Shown here: piece by piece, positions 45,841 to 55,041 of the stretch
Layout of the letters: every line of letters begins with the position of its first letter
How positions within the stretch are numbered: position 1 is the first letter of the stretch
Origin: Burkholderiales bacterium
GTDB lineage: Bacteria; Pseudomonadota; Gammaproteobacteria; Burkholderiales; SG8-41
Assembly: GCA_035259205.1 (NCBI GenBank)
Contig: DATFWO010000036.1
Location: 11,018-75,017 of the forward strand
Length of the DNA: 64,000 nt
Direction of reading: 5' to 3'
Made by a program: the position numbers and the translations under genes
Notes under the pieces: model-generated
Databases searched by the model: none
The model's input: the letters and a program-made list of their open reading frames with translations, nothing else
Told to the model about the DNA's origin: nothing

Positions 45841-47756
45841 ACTTTCCTCGTGCGTTCCTGGGCGATGCGGATCGGCGGCACCCAGGGATTCTCCGCCCAC
45901 GCAACGCCCGTTCGGGCCACCTGCGCATCGATGAGGTACGGCTTGCCGTCCATGGTCGCTTTGCGCGCCCGATTCAGCGCTTCCTTGAGCTGCGCCGGCG
46001 CCGCGACGACTTCTCCGTCGACCCCGAAACCTTTTGCGATGTACGCCATGTTCATGTCCGGATCGCCGAGATAGTCGTGCACGAATTGCCCGGTGTTGAC
46101 CATGCGCCCGCCTGCGACCTTTTCGACGACTCGGCTGTGCGGGCCGGAATAGGCATGATTGTTGTAGACCACGATAATCACGGGAAGGTGCAAGCGCGCC
46201 ATGTTCCACAGCGCCGTGGGGCCGAAGACGAACGATCCGTCGCCGACGAGACAGATCACCTGCCGGTTCGGGCGGGCGAGCTTCACGCCCGCCGCCGTGC
46301 CGACGCCCGACCCCAGGTGGGCGCCGTAGTAGAAGAAGAGCTCGCGTCCACCCAGGGGATTGAACCCGAAGCTGTGCAAACCGATCGACCCCGCTTCGTG
46401 GACGACGATCGCGTCCTTGTCGGCGAACTGCGCGATCTCGTAGGTAACCCGGTCGGCGAGCATCGGATTGCGGTTCCAGTCGGGATTCTTTGCGACCAGC
46501 GCTCTCATGGATCTCGCCTGCTCGCTGAACCGCCGGACTTCCTGCGCCCGTTCCTCGACCTTCCTGCCGAGCGCCGCGCTCATGAGGCCCTCGACGGCCA
46601 TGGTGAGGTCGTCCAGGCCATACGCCACGTCGGCGACGAGCGGCACTTCAGTCGTGATCACGTTGCCCATGCTCCAGCTGTCGATGCGCAGGTCGATGAA
46701 CTTCGCGTTGCGGGACACGACCGGCGAAGCGCTGTTGTGCTGCAGCTTGTTGCCGACGTTGATGACGACGTCCGGCTCCTTGGGGAACGTGAGCGAGCCC
46801 AGAGTGCCCGCGCCCGGTGCGCCCACCCACAGGTGGTGGGCCTGGGGAAAATTGGCGTACATCTGACGCGGCTGGGTCACCGGCATGCCGAGCAGCTCAG
46901 CCAGTTTCACGGCCTTGCCCACCGCCTTGGTGTTGTAGAGCTCGTCGCCGACCAGCATGAGCGGCATCCGCGCCTCGACGAGCAGCTTCGCCGCCCGCTC
47001 CACCTCCGCCGGGTTGGGCCGCACGCGCATGCGCGGGTCGATCTTTTCCTGCACGATGACTTCGGTGCGTATTCTTTCGTCGTTGAAATCCGAATGCCAC
47101 GAAGCGTACGTAGGGCCGTAGGGCGGCGTCCACGCCGCCTTGAAGGCGCGGCGCAGCGTTTCCGGGATCATGTCCGCCCGGCGCGCGAGCCAGGCGTACT
47201 TGGTGAGCGGGGCGACTATCTGTTCCTGGTTGGCGACCTCCTCGAAACCGTCGCGTCCGGCGCGGCGGGTCTGGTCCGTGCGGTAGCTGTAGAACACCAA
47301 TGGCGTCTGTTCCTTGAAGGCGTTGAACATCTGCCCCATGGCGTTCACCAGGCCCACGACCGCCGCCTGCATCACGATGGTCGGCTCGCCGGAAGCTTTC
47401 ACGTAACCCGCGGCCATGGCGGCGCCCGGGCCTTCGTGCGGCGTCAGGATGTACTTGAGCTGGGGCCGGTCGACGAGCGCCTCATAGAACTGCGCATCTT
47501 CGCTCGCGGAATTTCCGAAGACGTACTTCACGCCGGATGCGATGAGCTGCTCGGCAAAACACGCTCCACCGGTGCCTTCGAATACCTTGACCCCCGCGAG
47601 CGCCGCGCCACCGGCTTCCTGAGCTTGCGCAAGCGGGACGAGCGACTGGAGTATGGATTCCGCCGCCGCGAGCGACACGCCGGCCGCGGTCAGCCCTTTC
47701 AGGAAATTGCGCCGCGAAATCGAGTGCGACAGGTATCGCGCGACCAGTTCTCTCAT
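45837..47756 (-). CDS. thiamine-pyrophosphate-dependent enzyme (acetolactate-synthase-like fold) with twin-arginine signal
   Basis: N-terminus ...SISRRNFLKGLTAAGVSLAAA. TPP-binding GDGSFVFGPTALWNMARLHLPVIIVVYNN; 639 aa. Confidence 0.85.
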   Translation of the reverse strand: MRELVARYLSHSISRRNFLKGLTAAGVSLAAAESILQSLVPLAQAQEAGGAALAGVKVFEGTGGACFAEQLIASGVKYVFGNSASEDAQFYEALVDRPQLKYILTPHEGPGAAMAAGYVKASGEPTIVMQAAVVGLVNAMGQMFNAFKEQTPLVFYSYRTDQTRRAGRDGFEEVANQEQIVAPLTKYAWLARRADMIPETLRRAFKAAWTPPYGPTYASWHSDFNDERIRTEVIVQEKIDPRMRVRPNPAEVERAAKLLVEARMPLMLVGDELYNTKAVGKAVKLAELLGMPVTQPRQMYANFPQAHHLWVGAPGAGTLGSLTFPKEPDVVINVGNKLQHNSASPVVSRNAKFIDLRIDSWSMGNVITTEVPLVADVAYGLDDLTMAVEGLMSAALGRKVEERAQEVRRFSEQARSMRALVAKNPDWNRNPMLADRVTYEIAQFADKDAIVVHEAGSIGLHSFGFNPLGGRELFFYYGAHLGSGVGTAAGVKLARPNRQVICLVGDGSFVFGPTALWNMARLHLPVIIVVYNNHAYSGPHSRVVEKVAGGRMVNTGQFVHDYLGDPDMNMAYIAKGFGVDGEVVAAPAQLKEALNRARKATMDGKPYLIDAQVARTGVAWAENPWVPPIRIAQERTRKV

Positions 47757-47788
47757 CGTTGTCTCCCATCAATCAATGCGCGGTCCAC

Positions 47789-48100
47789 TCATTTCGCAGC
47801 GCTTGCCGGTCGGCCGTACGCCGTGGCGAGGTAACCGGCCATCGTGTTGATCTCATCTTCGCTCCAGAGCGCACCGCGCCCTACCATGCGGTAAAGGACG
47901 GCCTCCCAGCCGCGTTTGTCCTGGCGGTGGTCGCGCCACATGCCGTCACCGTGACACTGGAAGCAGCGCCCAAGCAGCACGTCCCTCCCGGGGCCGTCGG
48001 GGAACCCGACAGGCTTGGCTTGCTGCGCCTGCACCGGACAAGAAGCCGGCGTCACCGCGGCGAGAAGAAGGAGTGCAACAGTCCCACGGCAGAACGACAT
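47789..48100 (-). CDS. monohaem c-type cytochrome
   Basis: Signal peptide and a single CFQCH haem-binding site, 103 aa, 32 nt upstream of the TPP enzyme gene. Confidence 0.75.
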   Translation of the reverse strand: MSFCRGTVALLLLAAVTPASCPVQAQQAKPVGFPDGPGRDVLLGRCFQCHGDGMWRDHRQDKRGWEAVLYRMVGRGALWSEDEINTMAGYLATAYGRPASAAK

Positions 48101-48167
48101 CTGTTCCTCCCGATCATTCTAATGCGTGAGTAGTGAACGGTGAGGCGCCAGGCAGAAACCTTGCACC

Positions 48168-48200
48168 GATCACTTGTCACTTATCTTTTAGTACGCTCAC
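48168..48200 (-). repeat. degenerate family B heptamers trailing Bug gene 48197
   Basis: ATCACTT GTCACTT ATCTTTT AGTACGC TCACTCC. Weak. Confidence 0.45.
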
Positions 48201-49174
48201 TCCGGCTGAATGCCGGCCAGCCGCACTGCCTCGCCAAACTTCTTCACGGCTTCGGCAAATAACGGCTTGAATTCCGCAGAAGGCGTGCCGAGCGGACGCA
48301 AGGCGAGCTTCACGAAGCGCTCCTGCACCTGCGGCAGCGCGAGGACTTTGTGCAGCTCGCCTTCGAGCCGCACCAGGACGGCGGGCGGCGTCCTGGCAGG
48401 CGCAAAAACGGCGTGCCAGCTTACCTCCATCCCCGTGGGGAAGCCGCCGGCTTCCGCCATCGTTGGAACCTCCGGCAGGAAAGGAGCCCGCGTCTCGTGG
48501 TCGTAGGCCAGGGGCCGCAGCTTGCCGGCCTTGATCTGGGGCAGGCCGAGCGTCGTCGTGACGAACATGACCTGAATCTCCCCGGCCATGAGCGCCGCGA
48601 TGGCGAGACCGGCGCCCTTGTAGGGCACGTGCACCATGTGCGTGCCTGCGCGCGAATTGAAAAACGCGCTCACGAGATGGGTCGTATTGCCCACGCCGGC
48701 CGACCCGTAAGAGACGCGGCTGTCGGGCTTGCGGGCAATGGCGATCAGCTCCTTCACCGAGTGCGCGGGAAACGACGGGTTGACCGCCAGGATGTGGCCG
48801 TCGGAGGCGCAGATCTCGTAGAGCGGTACGAAATCCCTGAGGACGTCGAACGGCAGCTTCCGGTAGATGCTCGGATTGACGGCGAAAGACGACGATGTAT
48901 GCAGCAACGTGTAGCCGTCGGGCGCCGACTTCGCCACGAGATCGGCGCCGATGATGCCGTTCGCTCCCGGTCGGTTATCTACCACGAAATTCTGGCCGGT
49001 CTGGAGCGTAAGCTGCTGCGCGACGATGCGTGCGGTCGTGTCCGGGCCGCCCGCGCCGAAGCCGACCACGATGCGCACCGGCCGGCTCGGGTAGCTCTGG
49101 CTCCAGCACGGACTCGCCACAACACCGAGTACCGCAGCCAAAAATATCAGGGCCGGCGCTTTTCTCTGCATCAC
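48197..49174 (-). CDS. Bug/TctC family substrate-binding protein
   Basis: [44 protein letters not shown]. Confidence 0.9.
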   Translation of the reverse strand: MMQRKAPALIFLAAVLGVVASPCWSQSYPSRPVRIVVGFGAGGPDTTARIVAQQLTLQTGQNFVVDNRPGANGIIGADLVAKSAPDGYTLLHTSSSFAVNPSIYRKLPFDVLRDFVPLYEICASDGHILAVNPSFPAHSVKELIAIARKPDSRVSYGSAGVGNTTHLVSAFFNSRAGTHMVHVPYKGAGLAIAALMAGEIQVMFVTTTLGLPQIKAGKLRPLAYDHETRAPFLPEVPTMAEAGGFPTGMEVSWHAVFAPARTPPAVLVRLEGELHKVLALPQVQERFVKLALRPLGTPSAEFKPLFAEAVKKFGEAVRLAGIQPE

Positions 49175-49217
49175 ACGGGAAATATAGCAGAAAGGCTGCT
49201 TAAAAAAACGAATGAGA

Positions 49218-49249
49218 GCCGCAGAGAAACGCAGATGAACGCGGATGGC
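49218..49249 (+). repeat. decamer array, family G, 3 units (distal arm of hairpin)
   Basis: GCCGCAGAGA AACGCAGATG AACGCGGATG GC. Confidence 0.8.
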
Positions 49250-49290
49250 AATCTCTCATGAAAACAAGAGTGCGGCGCGCCAAGGCAGAA

Positions 49291-49324
49291 GCGATCTGCG
49301 TTTATCCGCGTGTATCTTCGGCTC
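49291..49324 (-). repeat. decamer array, family G inverted, 3 units, trailing Bug gene 49326
   Basis: GCGATCTGCG TTTATCCGCG TGTATCTTCG GCTC. Ends 1 nt before stop 49326..49328. Confidence 0.8.
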
Positions 49325-49325
49325 A

Positions 49326-50306
49326 TTACTCAGCTTTTGCTCCAGATCGGCGGATGATCTCTCCCCACTTGCTGGTTTCGGCGCGTACGAACTCGGTGAA
49401 TTGCTCGGGAGTCATCGGCCGCGTTTCGATCCCCATTGCGCTCATGCGATTGACGGCGTCCGGGCGCGCGAGCGCCCGCGTTGCGATCTCGCTCAGCCGG
49501 TTGACGATGTCCCGGGAAGTGCCGGCACGCGCGCCCAGGCCGAGCCAGGGTGTCGCTTCGAAACCGCCCAGGCCGGACTCGTCGAGGGTCGGAATCTCGG
49601 GCGCCGCGGCGATGCGTTTCCGTTCCGCGACCGCAATCGCGCGCAGGCGTCCGGTCCTGACGTGTGGCAGGCTGGTGCTGGTATTGACGAAGCTCATGGC
49701 CGCCTCTCCCGCGAGCACCGCGACGGTCGCCGCAGCGGCGGAGCTCTTGTACGGCACGTGCGTCGCCCCGACCCCCGCGCGCGCCTTCATGAGCTCCATC
49801 GCGAGATGTCCGGTCGAGCCGATGGCCTGCGACGCGTAATTTACTTTACCGCCGTGCGCGCGCATGAATGCCAGCAGCTCCTTGAAACTGTGCGCCGGCA
49901 GGGATGGATGGACGACCAGCAGGAGCGGTGAAATTCCCAGCAACGCGATCGGCGCGACGTCCGTGGCGGGATTGAACGGCATGGAGTCGTAGAGATTGAC
50001 GTTGATACTGAACGGTCCCGGCGCGGTGACGAACAGCATGTGGCCGTCCGCCGGCGCTTTCAGCACCAGATCGACGCCGAGGTTGCCGTTCGCGCCCAAC
50101 CGGTTTTCGACTATGAATGGCTGGCCCAACGCCTTGTTAAAGTCTTCGGCAATGATGCGGGCGAGCAGATCGATCGAGCCGCCAGGCGAGCTGGTGGCAA
50201 TGATGCGCACCACGCGGTTCGGCCAGTTCTGCTGCTGCGCAGCAGAACTCATCGAGAGCATAGCTGTCCCGACGAGGAGTAACAGCAAAATACGAGCATC
50301 TTTCAT
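49326..50306 (-). CDS. Bug/TctC family substrate-binding protein
   Basis: WPNRVVRIIATSSPGGSID, IVENRLGAN, HVPYKSSA, C-terminal ...SGAKAE. Confidence 0.9.
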   Translation of the reverse strand: MKDARILLLLLVGTAMLSMSSAAQQQNWPNRVVRIIATSSPGGSIDLLARIIAEDFNKALGQPFIVENRLGANGNLGVDLVLKAPADGHMLFVTAPGPFSINVNLYDSMPFNPATDVAPIALLGISPLLLVVHPSLPAHSFKELLAFMRAHGGKVNYASQAIGSTGHLAMELMKARAGVGATHVPYKSSAAAATVAVLAGEAAMSFVNTSTSLPHVRTGRLRAIAVAERKRIAAAPEIPTLDESGLGGFEATPWLGLGARAGTSRDIVNRLSEIATRALARPDAVNRMSAMGIETRPMTPEQFTEFVRAETSKWGEIIRRSGAKAE

Positions 50307-50386
50307 TGCCGCATCATAAACGCTGGACGGTCACGCCTCCTGATCTCCAATATATAATTTACCCGGCGTTTCTTGCCGGAGAAATT

Positions 50387-51289
50387 ATGACCATCTCGCG
50401 CATCGAATCGGTGGTGTACGGCGTTGAGGACGTGGCCGCGGGTATCCGCTATTTCGAAGACTGGGGGCTGCAGTGCCTGGAGCGCGGCGACCGCGGCGCC
50501 GACTTCGCCACACCCGCCGGGCAAGCCGTCCTGGTCAGGTCGTCGGGCGATGCAGCCCTGCCCGCCGCCCCCGAGGGCGGTTCCACGGTGCGCGAGGTCG
50601 TCTGGGGCGTCGACGGCGGAGACACGCTCGAACAGATCGGCGCGGAGCTCAGCCGCGATCGTGATGTCAAGCCCGGCGCCGACGGCGCGCTGCACGCGCG
50701 CGACGAATCGGGATTCGCGATCGGATTTCGCGGCGTCGCGCCCGCTCGGCAAGCGAGCAGCGCGGTCGCCGATGCTACGCGCATGAACAAGCCGTTCGAC
50801 CCGGAGCGGCGCGCGCGGCCGGCGAGGATAGGACACATCGTTTTCGCGGTGCGCAAAAAGGACTTCGAAAAAGCGTCGGCCTTCTACCTGGAGCGGCTGA
50901 AGTTCCGGCTGAGCGATCGCGTGCCCGGCCTCGGCGATTTCATGCGCTGCCCGGGCACGAACGATCACCACACTCTGTTTTTTCACACGCGAGCGGACCG
51001 CGCGGCGTTCGACCATCTGGCGTTCGAAGTGCACGGCATCGACGAGATCATCCTGGGCGGCAAGTTCATGAAGGGGCGCGGCTGGGTGGCCGACACCCCG
51101 GTTGGCAGGCACATACTGGGATCGAACCTGTTCTGGTATTTCAGGAATCCGTGCGGCGGAAGGACCGAGTACTTCGCCGACATGGATCTCATGGACGACG
51201 ACTGGAAGCCCCGCGTCTGGGATCAGCACCCCGGCTTCGCGATGTGGATGCTCGAGAAAGCCGACGCGCCGGAGTTTGCTCTCGGCTGA
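50387..51289 (+). CDS. VOC (glyoxalase/extradiol dioxygenase) family protein
   Basis: Start at ATG 50387 (MTISRIESVVYGVEDV...). Two VOC modules: IGHIVFAV...FYLERLKFRLSD and ...HHTLFF...FDHLAFEV. Confidence 0.7.
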   Translation: MTISRIESVVYGVEDVAAGIRYFEDWGLQCLERGDRGADFATPAGQAVLVRSSGDAALPAAPEGGSTVREVVWGVDGGDTLEQIGAELSRDRDVKPGADGALHARDESGFAIGFRGVAPARQASSAVADATRMNKPFDPERRARPARIGHIVFAVRKKDFEKASAFYLERLKFRLSDRVPGLGDFMRCPGTNDHHTLFFHTRADRAAFDHLAFEVHGIDEIILGGKFMKGRGWVADTPVGRHILGSNLFWYFRNPCGGRTEYFADMDLMDDDWKPRVWDQHPGFAMWMLEKADAPEFALG

Positions 51290-51311
51290 GCCAGGACTTG
51301 AGACTGGGGAC
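51290..51311 (+). repeat. heptamer array, family C, 3 units
   Basis: GCCAGGA CTTGAGA CTGGGGA, directly after stop 51287..51289. Confidence 0.6.
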
Positions 51312-51352
51312 CGCCGCTGGACGATTTACCTGGTGTCGACTCTCCGATAAAA

Positions 51353-51380
51353 AGCATCGACGCGATGGACGCCATGGAAC
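51353..51380 (+). repeat. 9-10-nt periodic array, family I (CGCNATGGA)
   Basis: ...GACGCGATGGACGCCATGGAAC. It is the inverted partner of 51456..51497. Confidence 0.6.
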
Positions 51381-51455
51381 ATCAAGAAGGTCGCAATGGA
51401 GGTACACAATTGGAATAGGGCCGCGAATCCGGGCTGGTCGGTCTCCTAAGGAGAA

Positions 51456-51497
51456 ACGCATCGCGTCCATAGCGATCCCATCGCGCCCATTGCGTTG
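51456..51497 (-). repeat. 9-11-nt periodic array, family I inverted, trailing the fahA stop
   Basis: GCATCGCGTCCATAGCGATCCCATCGCGCCCATTGCG. (C)CCAT recurs about every 10 nt. ATGGACGC is shared in inverted form with the left arm. Confidence 0.65.
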
Positions 51498-51502
51498 CTG
51501 CT

Positions 51503-52816
<1,314 letters not shown>

Positions 52817-52829
52817 AGTTACTCTCGAC

Positions 52830-52906
52830 CTTGGGATTTGGAGTTTCGAATTTTGGTATTTGAGATTTGCAATTTGGGATTTGTGATTTGGGATTTGTGA
52901 TTTGGG
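52830..52906 (-). repeat. AT-rich heptamer array, family D (ATTTGNG; CNCAAAT on gene strand), 11 units
   Basis: CTTGGGA TTTGGAG TTTCGAA TTTTGGT ATTTGAG ATTTGCA ATTTGGG ATTTGTG ATTTGGG ATTTGTG ATTTGGG. Ends 14 nt upstream of the fahA ATG. Confidence 0.95.
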
Positions 52907-52939
52907 AAAGTGAACCGGCACCGCGGGACGCCGATTCAA

Positions 52940-52963
52940 TCATCCCTCATCCTTCATCCCTAG
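52940..52963 (-). repeat. heptamer array, family A, 3.4 units overlapping stop 52960..52962
   Basis: TCATCCC TCATCCT TCATCCC TAG. Confidence 0.85.
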
Positions 52964-53880
52964 ATGGATGGCGGCTCCTCTCTCACCGCCTGCTCCGCGT
53001 AGCGCATGTCCACGCAGTCCTCGTAAGCAAATTTCCGGTGGAGGAGCCCGCTCGCGAGAGCCGCATCGCGCAACCATTCGAGGCCCTCGCGTTGCAGCAG
53101 CGGTCGCGCGTTCCAGAGACCTATCGCCTTGTAGCTTTCGAAGCAGTAAGTCAGGATCGCAGCGGAAAGGTCAGGAAAGAAGCTGCCAACCGCTCGCGCC
53201 AGATCGGCGGCGCTGTGCGCCGCGATCCATTTTTGGGTACGGTACATCGCTCGGCACATCCTGAGGAGCACCTCCGGATGGCGGTCGGCGTAAGCCCGCG
53301 TGGTATTGAGTGTCGTGTAGGAGACCAGCCCGCGCCGCGCCGCGACGTACCAGACGTGCGCCGCCCCTTCCCGGACCGCCAGGGCGGCGCAGGGATGGAA
53401 GGCCTGGACGATGTCGATTTCGCCGGAGCGCAGCGCTGCGACGTTGTCCGGCATCGAGCGCCCGGGTGCCGCATGAACTCGCGCAGGATCGATGCCGGCG
53501 AGCCTCAAGTCTTGTTGCAGGCACATCCACGGGGTAGGGACCTCGGTTACCGCGGCCACTTTTTCCCCGAGCAAATCCTCGAGGCGGAAGCCCGGTCGCG
53601 GCGCGCGGCCCAGCAGGAAAAACGGATCGCGGCCCACCGCCTCGCAAAAGGCGAGCGCCGCGGCCTGCGGATTCGTCTCCAGCGCGATCATCAGCCGCAA
53701 CGGCCCGCCCCACGACACGTCGCCGTCGCCGGCGATCAGCGATGCCGCCGTGTGCGCCGCATCCGCGGACATCTTGAGGCTGACCTGCAGCCCCTCCGAC
53801 TCGTACGCGCCGAGCGCGATCGGCGCGTAGAACGGCGCATAGAAGACCGCGCGGAAGTTTTCAACCAGCGTGATACGCAT
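52960..53880 (-). CDS. NMT1/THI5-like (NitT/TauT-type) substrate-binding protein
   Basis: MRITLVENFRAVFYAPFYAPIALGAYESEGL... binding-protein pattern. An alternative GTG 53934 would add MAVWTFFLLHPSALILAC (see findings). Confidence 0.6.
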   Translation of the reverse strand: MRITLVENFRAVFYAPFYAPIALGAYESEGLQVSLKMSADAAHTAASLIAGDGDVSWGGPLRLMIALETNPQAAALAFCEAVGRDPFFLLGRAPRPGFRLEDLLGEKVAAVTEVPTPWMCLQQDLRLAGIDPARVHAAPGRSMPDNVAALRSGEIDIVQAFHPCAALAVREGAAHVWYVAARRGLVSYTTLNTTRAYADRHPEVLLRMCRAMYRTQKWIAAHSAADLARAVGSFFPDLSAAILTYCFESYKAIGLWNARPLLQREGLEWLRDAALASGLLHRKFAYEDCVDMRYAEQAVREEPPSI

Positions 53881-53885
53881 ACAAG

Positions 53886-53920
53886 CAAGGATCAAGGCAG
53901 AAGGATGAAGGAGGAAGAAA
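53886..53920 (+). repeat. heptamer array, family F (NAAGGNN), 5 units
   Basis: CAAGGAT CAAGGCA GAAGGAT GAAGGAG GAAGAAA, between the DinB stop and ATG 53880. Confidence 0.8.
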
Positions 53921-53949
53921 GTCCAAACCGCCACAGCTCTACACGAAGT

Positions 53950-54483
53950 CTACTTCCGCCTTCCCCCGTCCTCCTTCCGGCTTGAGTGTTCCTCCCTGAG
54001 GAACACGGGAAGGTCCGTCGTCGGCGGCCGGGCGGGTACCTGATAGAACAGGTCTGCAACGAAGCCGCGGTGATACGACGTGTGATTGACGACGTGCAGG
54101 AGGATTTCGCCACGCGTCATCACCCCCTGGTTACCCCCGATGAGCGTGAAAGTCACCTTCTCGTCGAGCACCGCATCGGACAGCGCGTCGCTCCAGGCCG
54201 TGTACCAGGAGTCGATTTCCTGCTGCACGCGCCACAATTCCGGCAGCGGCGGATGGTCCGGCGTGTTGCGCGCCGCATAGCCATGCTCGCGCCCCTCGAG
54301 ATGAGCCTGCCAGATCCGGTCGATGACATAGTTGTGATTCAGGGTGTGCACCATGTTCTTGAACAGGCTCTGCCGCTGCTTTTCCGCTTCGCCCACAGGC
54401 AGCTCCCTGACGGCGTCGAAAATCAGCTTGTTTGCCCAGGCGTTGTAGCGGGTCAGCATGCGCGCGCTAGCGGTGGTGATCAT
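53950..54483 (-). CDS. DinB family protein
   Basis: ...YNAWANKLIFDAV...HTLNHNYVIDRIW...LHVVNHTSYHRG: DinB four-helix pattern with His residues. Confidence 0.8.
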   Translation of the reverse strand: MITTASARMLTRYNAWANKLIFDAVRELPVGEAEKQRQSLFKNMVHTLNHNYVIDRIWQAHLEGREHGYAARNTPDHPPLPELWRVQQEIDSWYTAWSDALSDAVLDEKVTFTLIGGNQGVMTRGEILLHVVNHTSYHRGFVADLFYQVPARPPTTDLPVFLREEHSSRKEDGGRRK

Positions 54484-54624
54484 GGAATCGCAGCCCTGTG
54501 GAATATGGGAAATTTGACGTGCCTGTTTTCATCGGCAGGCGGATTTGAATTCTAGCAGCCTGTCGGAATCCGACGGACTGACAGGCCGCGATGCCGCCCC
54601 CAGCGACGATCGAGGCGGTAGACT

Positions 54625-54987
54625 TTACGCAGGCCAGACCCGGACAGCCAGCACGATCCCAAATACCAGCAGCACTACCGAGATCGCGACCAGAACGCGC
54701 ACCCGCACGCGCAGGATACCGACCGCGTCCACGAGGCGGCTGTTTTGCTCGGCCAGCTCCCTGATGAGCTCGGAGGATGCCGACAGCTCCGTTTTCAGCT
54801 CGGCGACCTGAGCTTCGAGTTGCGTCAGCCGGTCCTCCATGCCTAACGGCTCATCGGCAGTGTCGCCCTGTCGCGGCCTGCTCCGGAGGCCGATCCACAG
54901 TTTTTTAGCCCCTTGGGCGACGACCGGCGCTGCCGCGATCAGATCGACCCAGGGTATCGCTCTGAATACCGTCACCCAGCCCGCCAT
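54625..54987 (-). CDS. hypothetical membrane protein with coiled-coil segment
   Basis: Start at ATG 54987 (MAGWVTVFRAIPW...). LTQLEAQVAELKTELSASSELIRELAEQNSRL followed by a C-terminal TM segment. The rest of the listed ORF is shadow. Confidence 0.4.
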   Translation of the reverse strand: MAGWVTVFRAIPWVDLIAAAPVVAQGAKKLWIGLRSRPRQGDTADEPLGMEDRLTQLEAQVAELKTELSASSELIRELAEQNSRLVDAVGILRVRVRVLVAISVVLLVFGIVLAVRVWPA

Positions 54988-55041
54988 GTGCTCGCCTTTC
55001 GTTCGATAGAGGCGCGATCGATGAAGATTTGACCGCGGCGA

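Noticed and set aside
45762-47834. 690-aa plus-strand ORF opposite the TPP enzyme and cytochrome c genes
   Set aside because: It is a shadow ORF. The minus strand has a TPP-binding motif, a Tat signal and a CxxCH protein.
52830-52906. Tandem arrays as CRISPR arrays
   Set aside because: Units are 7-14 nt and contiguous with no unique spacers, and no cas genes are present. These are simple tandem repeats.
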